From Candidatus Omnitrophota bacterium (lineage in GTDB: Bacteria; Omnitrophota; Gorgyraeia; Zapsychrales; Zapsychraceae), in NCBI GenBank assembly GCA_028280285.1, contig JANQMA010000024.1, forward strand, positions 117 through 64,116: a DNA stretch of 64,000 bases, read 5' to 3'. The notes under the pieces were generated by a model. That model worked only from the letters and a program-made list of their open reading frames with translations. It had not been told where the DNA came from and did no database searches. This document shows positions 62,854 through 64,000 of this stretch, one piece after another. Position numbers and translations under genes: made by a program. Numbering within the stretch: the first letter of the stretch is position 1; each line of letters starts with the position of its first letter.

Positions 62854-64000
62854 ATGGATAACAAAGTTAAAGATTTTATTATTACGACAACAGAAAGTTT
62901 GGAGGAGTTGGAGCGGTCATTAATTGTTCTTGAAAATGACCCTTCGCGTACGCATTTAGTTAAAGAAATTTTTAGTAAAGCACATACCATTAAAGGTACG
63001 TGTGGTTTTCTCGAGTTAGAGAGACTTGAGAACATTTTCCATCATCTTGAGAGTCTGCTTGAAAAAATGCGCGATGAACCCAGTGGTATTTCATCGAGCG
63101 CAACTGTGATGTTAGACGGCGTGCATCACGCCAGAGACATTTTAAAAGGGCTTGAAGCTGAAGGAAGTGAGCCAGAGGGCGATGATACTGAGCTTCTGGC
63201 CCGTCTTGAAGAGGCTTATAGCCGGGAGGCGGACCAAGTGGAAAGACAGGAAAGCGACCAAACGCAGCCCCAAGTTGTCGATAATGATTCTTCTTTAAAG
63301 GATCGTTCGCTTAAGATTGATGTTGAAACGCTTGATAAAATCATCAACATGGTCGGCGAGCTTGTTTTAACGCGTAATGAATTTTTAGAACGCATTCAGG
63401 ATGATTGGGATTCTCCATATTTATCTGCTATTCAAAAACTCGATTTTGTCACATCTAATCTACAAAACGAATCTCTCAAAACACGCATGCAGTCGATCAG
63501 TAATATTTGGGATAAGCTCCCCAGTATTATCCGCGATGGCTGCAAAAAGCAAAATAAAAAGATAACCCTTAAAACAAGCGGACAGGAAACCGAAGTCGAC
63601 CGTCAGGTCCTTCAGGCGATTCATGATCCGTTCATTCATATTATCCGTAATGCGATCGATCACGGAATAGAATTGCCTGACGAGAGAGTCGAAGCGCAAA
63701 AGCCGGCCGAAGGAACTATTTCGCTTAAGGCATATCATGAAGGCGGACATATTATTTTGGAAGTTGAAGATGATGGAGCCGGTATAGACTTTGAGCGTGT
63801 TAAGCAAAAGGCAATCGATAAAAATTTGATCAGTGCACAGGATGCCCAGGAAGCGACGGACCGGGAACTCGTTAAATTTCTTTTTGAATCCGGCTTTAGC
63901 ACATCGGAGGAAGTATCCAACATTTCCGGACGTGGTATCGGTATGAATATTGTTATGACGGAAATTGAAAAGATAGGCGGTTCCGTCGATGTTTATTCTC
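62854..64000 (+). CDS. cheA: Chemotaxis histidine kinase CheA (5' partial in window; P1 Hpt, dimerisation and start of the HATPase domain)
   Basis: P1 Hpt HTIKGTCGFLEL, dimerisation IDVETLDKIINMVGELVLTRNE, and ATP-binding HDPFIHIIRNAIDHGIE. Runs off the window end. Confidence 0.85.
   Translation, partial: MDNKVKDFIITTTESLEELERSLIVLENDPSRTHLVKEIFSKAHTIKGTCGFLELERLENIFHHLESLLEKMRDEPSGISSSATVMLDGVHHARDILKGLEAEGSEPEGDDTELLARLEEAYSREADQVERQESDQTQPQVVDNDSSLKDRSLKIDVETLDKIINMVGELVLTRNEFLERIQDDWDSPYLSAIQKLDFVTSNLQNESLKTRMQSISNIWDKLPSIIRDGCKKQNKKITLKTSGQETEVDRQVLQAIHDPFIHIIRNAIDHGIELPDERVEAQKPAEGTISLKAYHEGGHIILEVEDDGAGIDFERVKQKAIDKNLISAQDAQEATDRELVKFLFESGFSTSEEVSNISGRGIGMNIVMTEIEKIGGSVDVYS

Noticed and set aside
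1-64000. CRISPR arrays or rRNA genes
   Set aside because: No regularly spaced direct repeats with unique spacers and no rRNA-like conserved segments were seen. The only recurrent short repeats are REP-type palindromes

Overview
This 64-kb bacterial chromosome segment is gene-dense and almost entirely on the + strand. It reads as Gram-negative from the gene content: an RND pump with an outer-membrane factor, several beta-barrel outer-membrane proteins, and REP elements with a RAYT transposase. I have made no database comparisons; every call below rests on motifs and architectures read directly from the translations and the DNA.

Positions 1-15,450 form a compositional mosaic island beside a tRNA gene. 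AT-rich and GC-rich blocks alternate. The island carries nuclease-type genes: a DUF1016_N-SNase fusion, a two-HKD phospholipase-D-family protein, an HsdR-N-like PD-(D/E)xK protein, and an 1178-aa SF1 helicase with a C-terminal DUF559 endonuclease domain. It also carries a class II Fic AMPylase, a class-3 lipase, a HigB2/HigA2-type toxin-antitoxin pair, an ORF6N-domain protein, an XRE regulator and a stand-alone receiver protein.

The most unusual element is the AT-rich 4-gene module at 6130-11567. It opens with a 150-aa protein that looks like a voltage-sensor domain (S1-S4, a Kv-like S3 'NhWFDvmmIIPYF' and an R/K-every-third S4) with no pore. That gene is translationally coupled to the HsdR-N-like nuclease gene and followed by the helicase-nuclease and a TM-anchored protein. 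I propose it as a candidate undescribed defence or abortive-infection system.

The remainder is core-like:
- A cpATP-grasp / alpha-E / Anbu / transglutaminase operon.
- A TetR-controlled thioredoxin-HtrA-RND efflux cluster with two identical operator palindromes.
- A very dense signal-transduction region: two paralogous hybrid histidine kinases, two PAS histidine kinases, an Hpt protein, about 8 receiver proteins, a REC-GAF-'AGDEF' cyclase and a partial CheA.
- hemA, a single-domain globin and a heme-oxygenase-like gene.

The genome carries at least two REP-like palindrome families. One, TAAATAGTGCCnGGCACTATTTA, often overlaps stop codons. The other, TTGGTGTCAGAACTCG, flanks an IS200-like RAYT transposase in inverted orientation, forming a REPtron. 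Separately, a 21-25-nt palindrome (core GGTCGCAAwyTGCGACC) occurs three times at the ORF6N gene. No CRISPR array or rRNA was seen.
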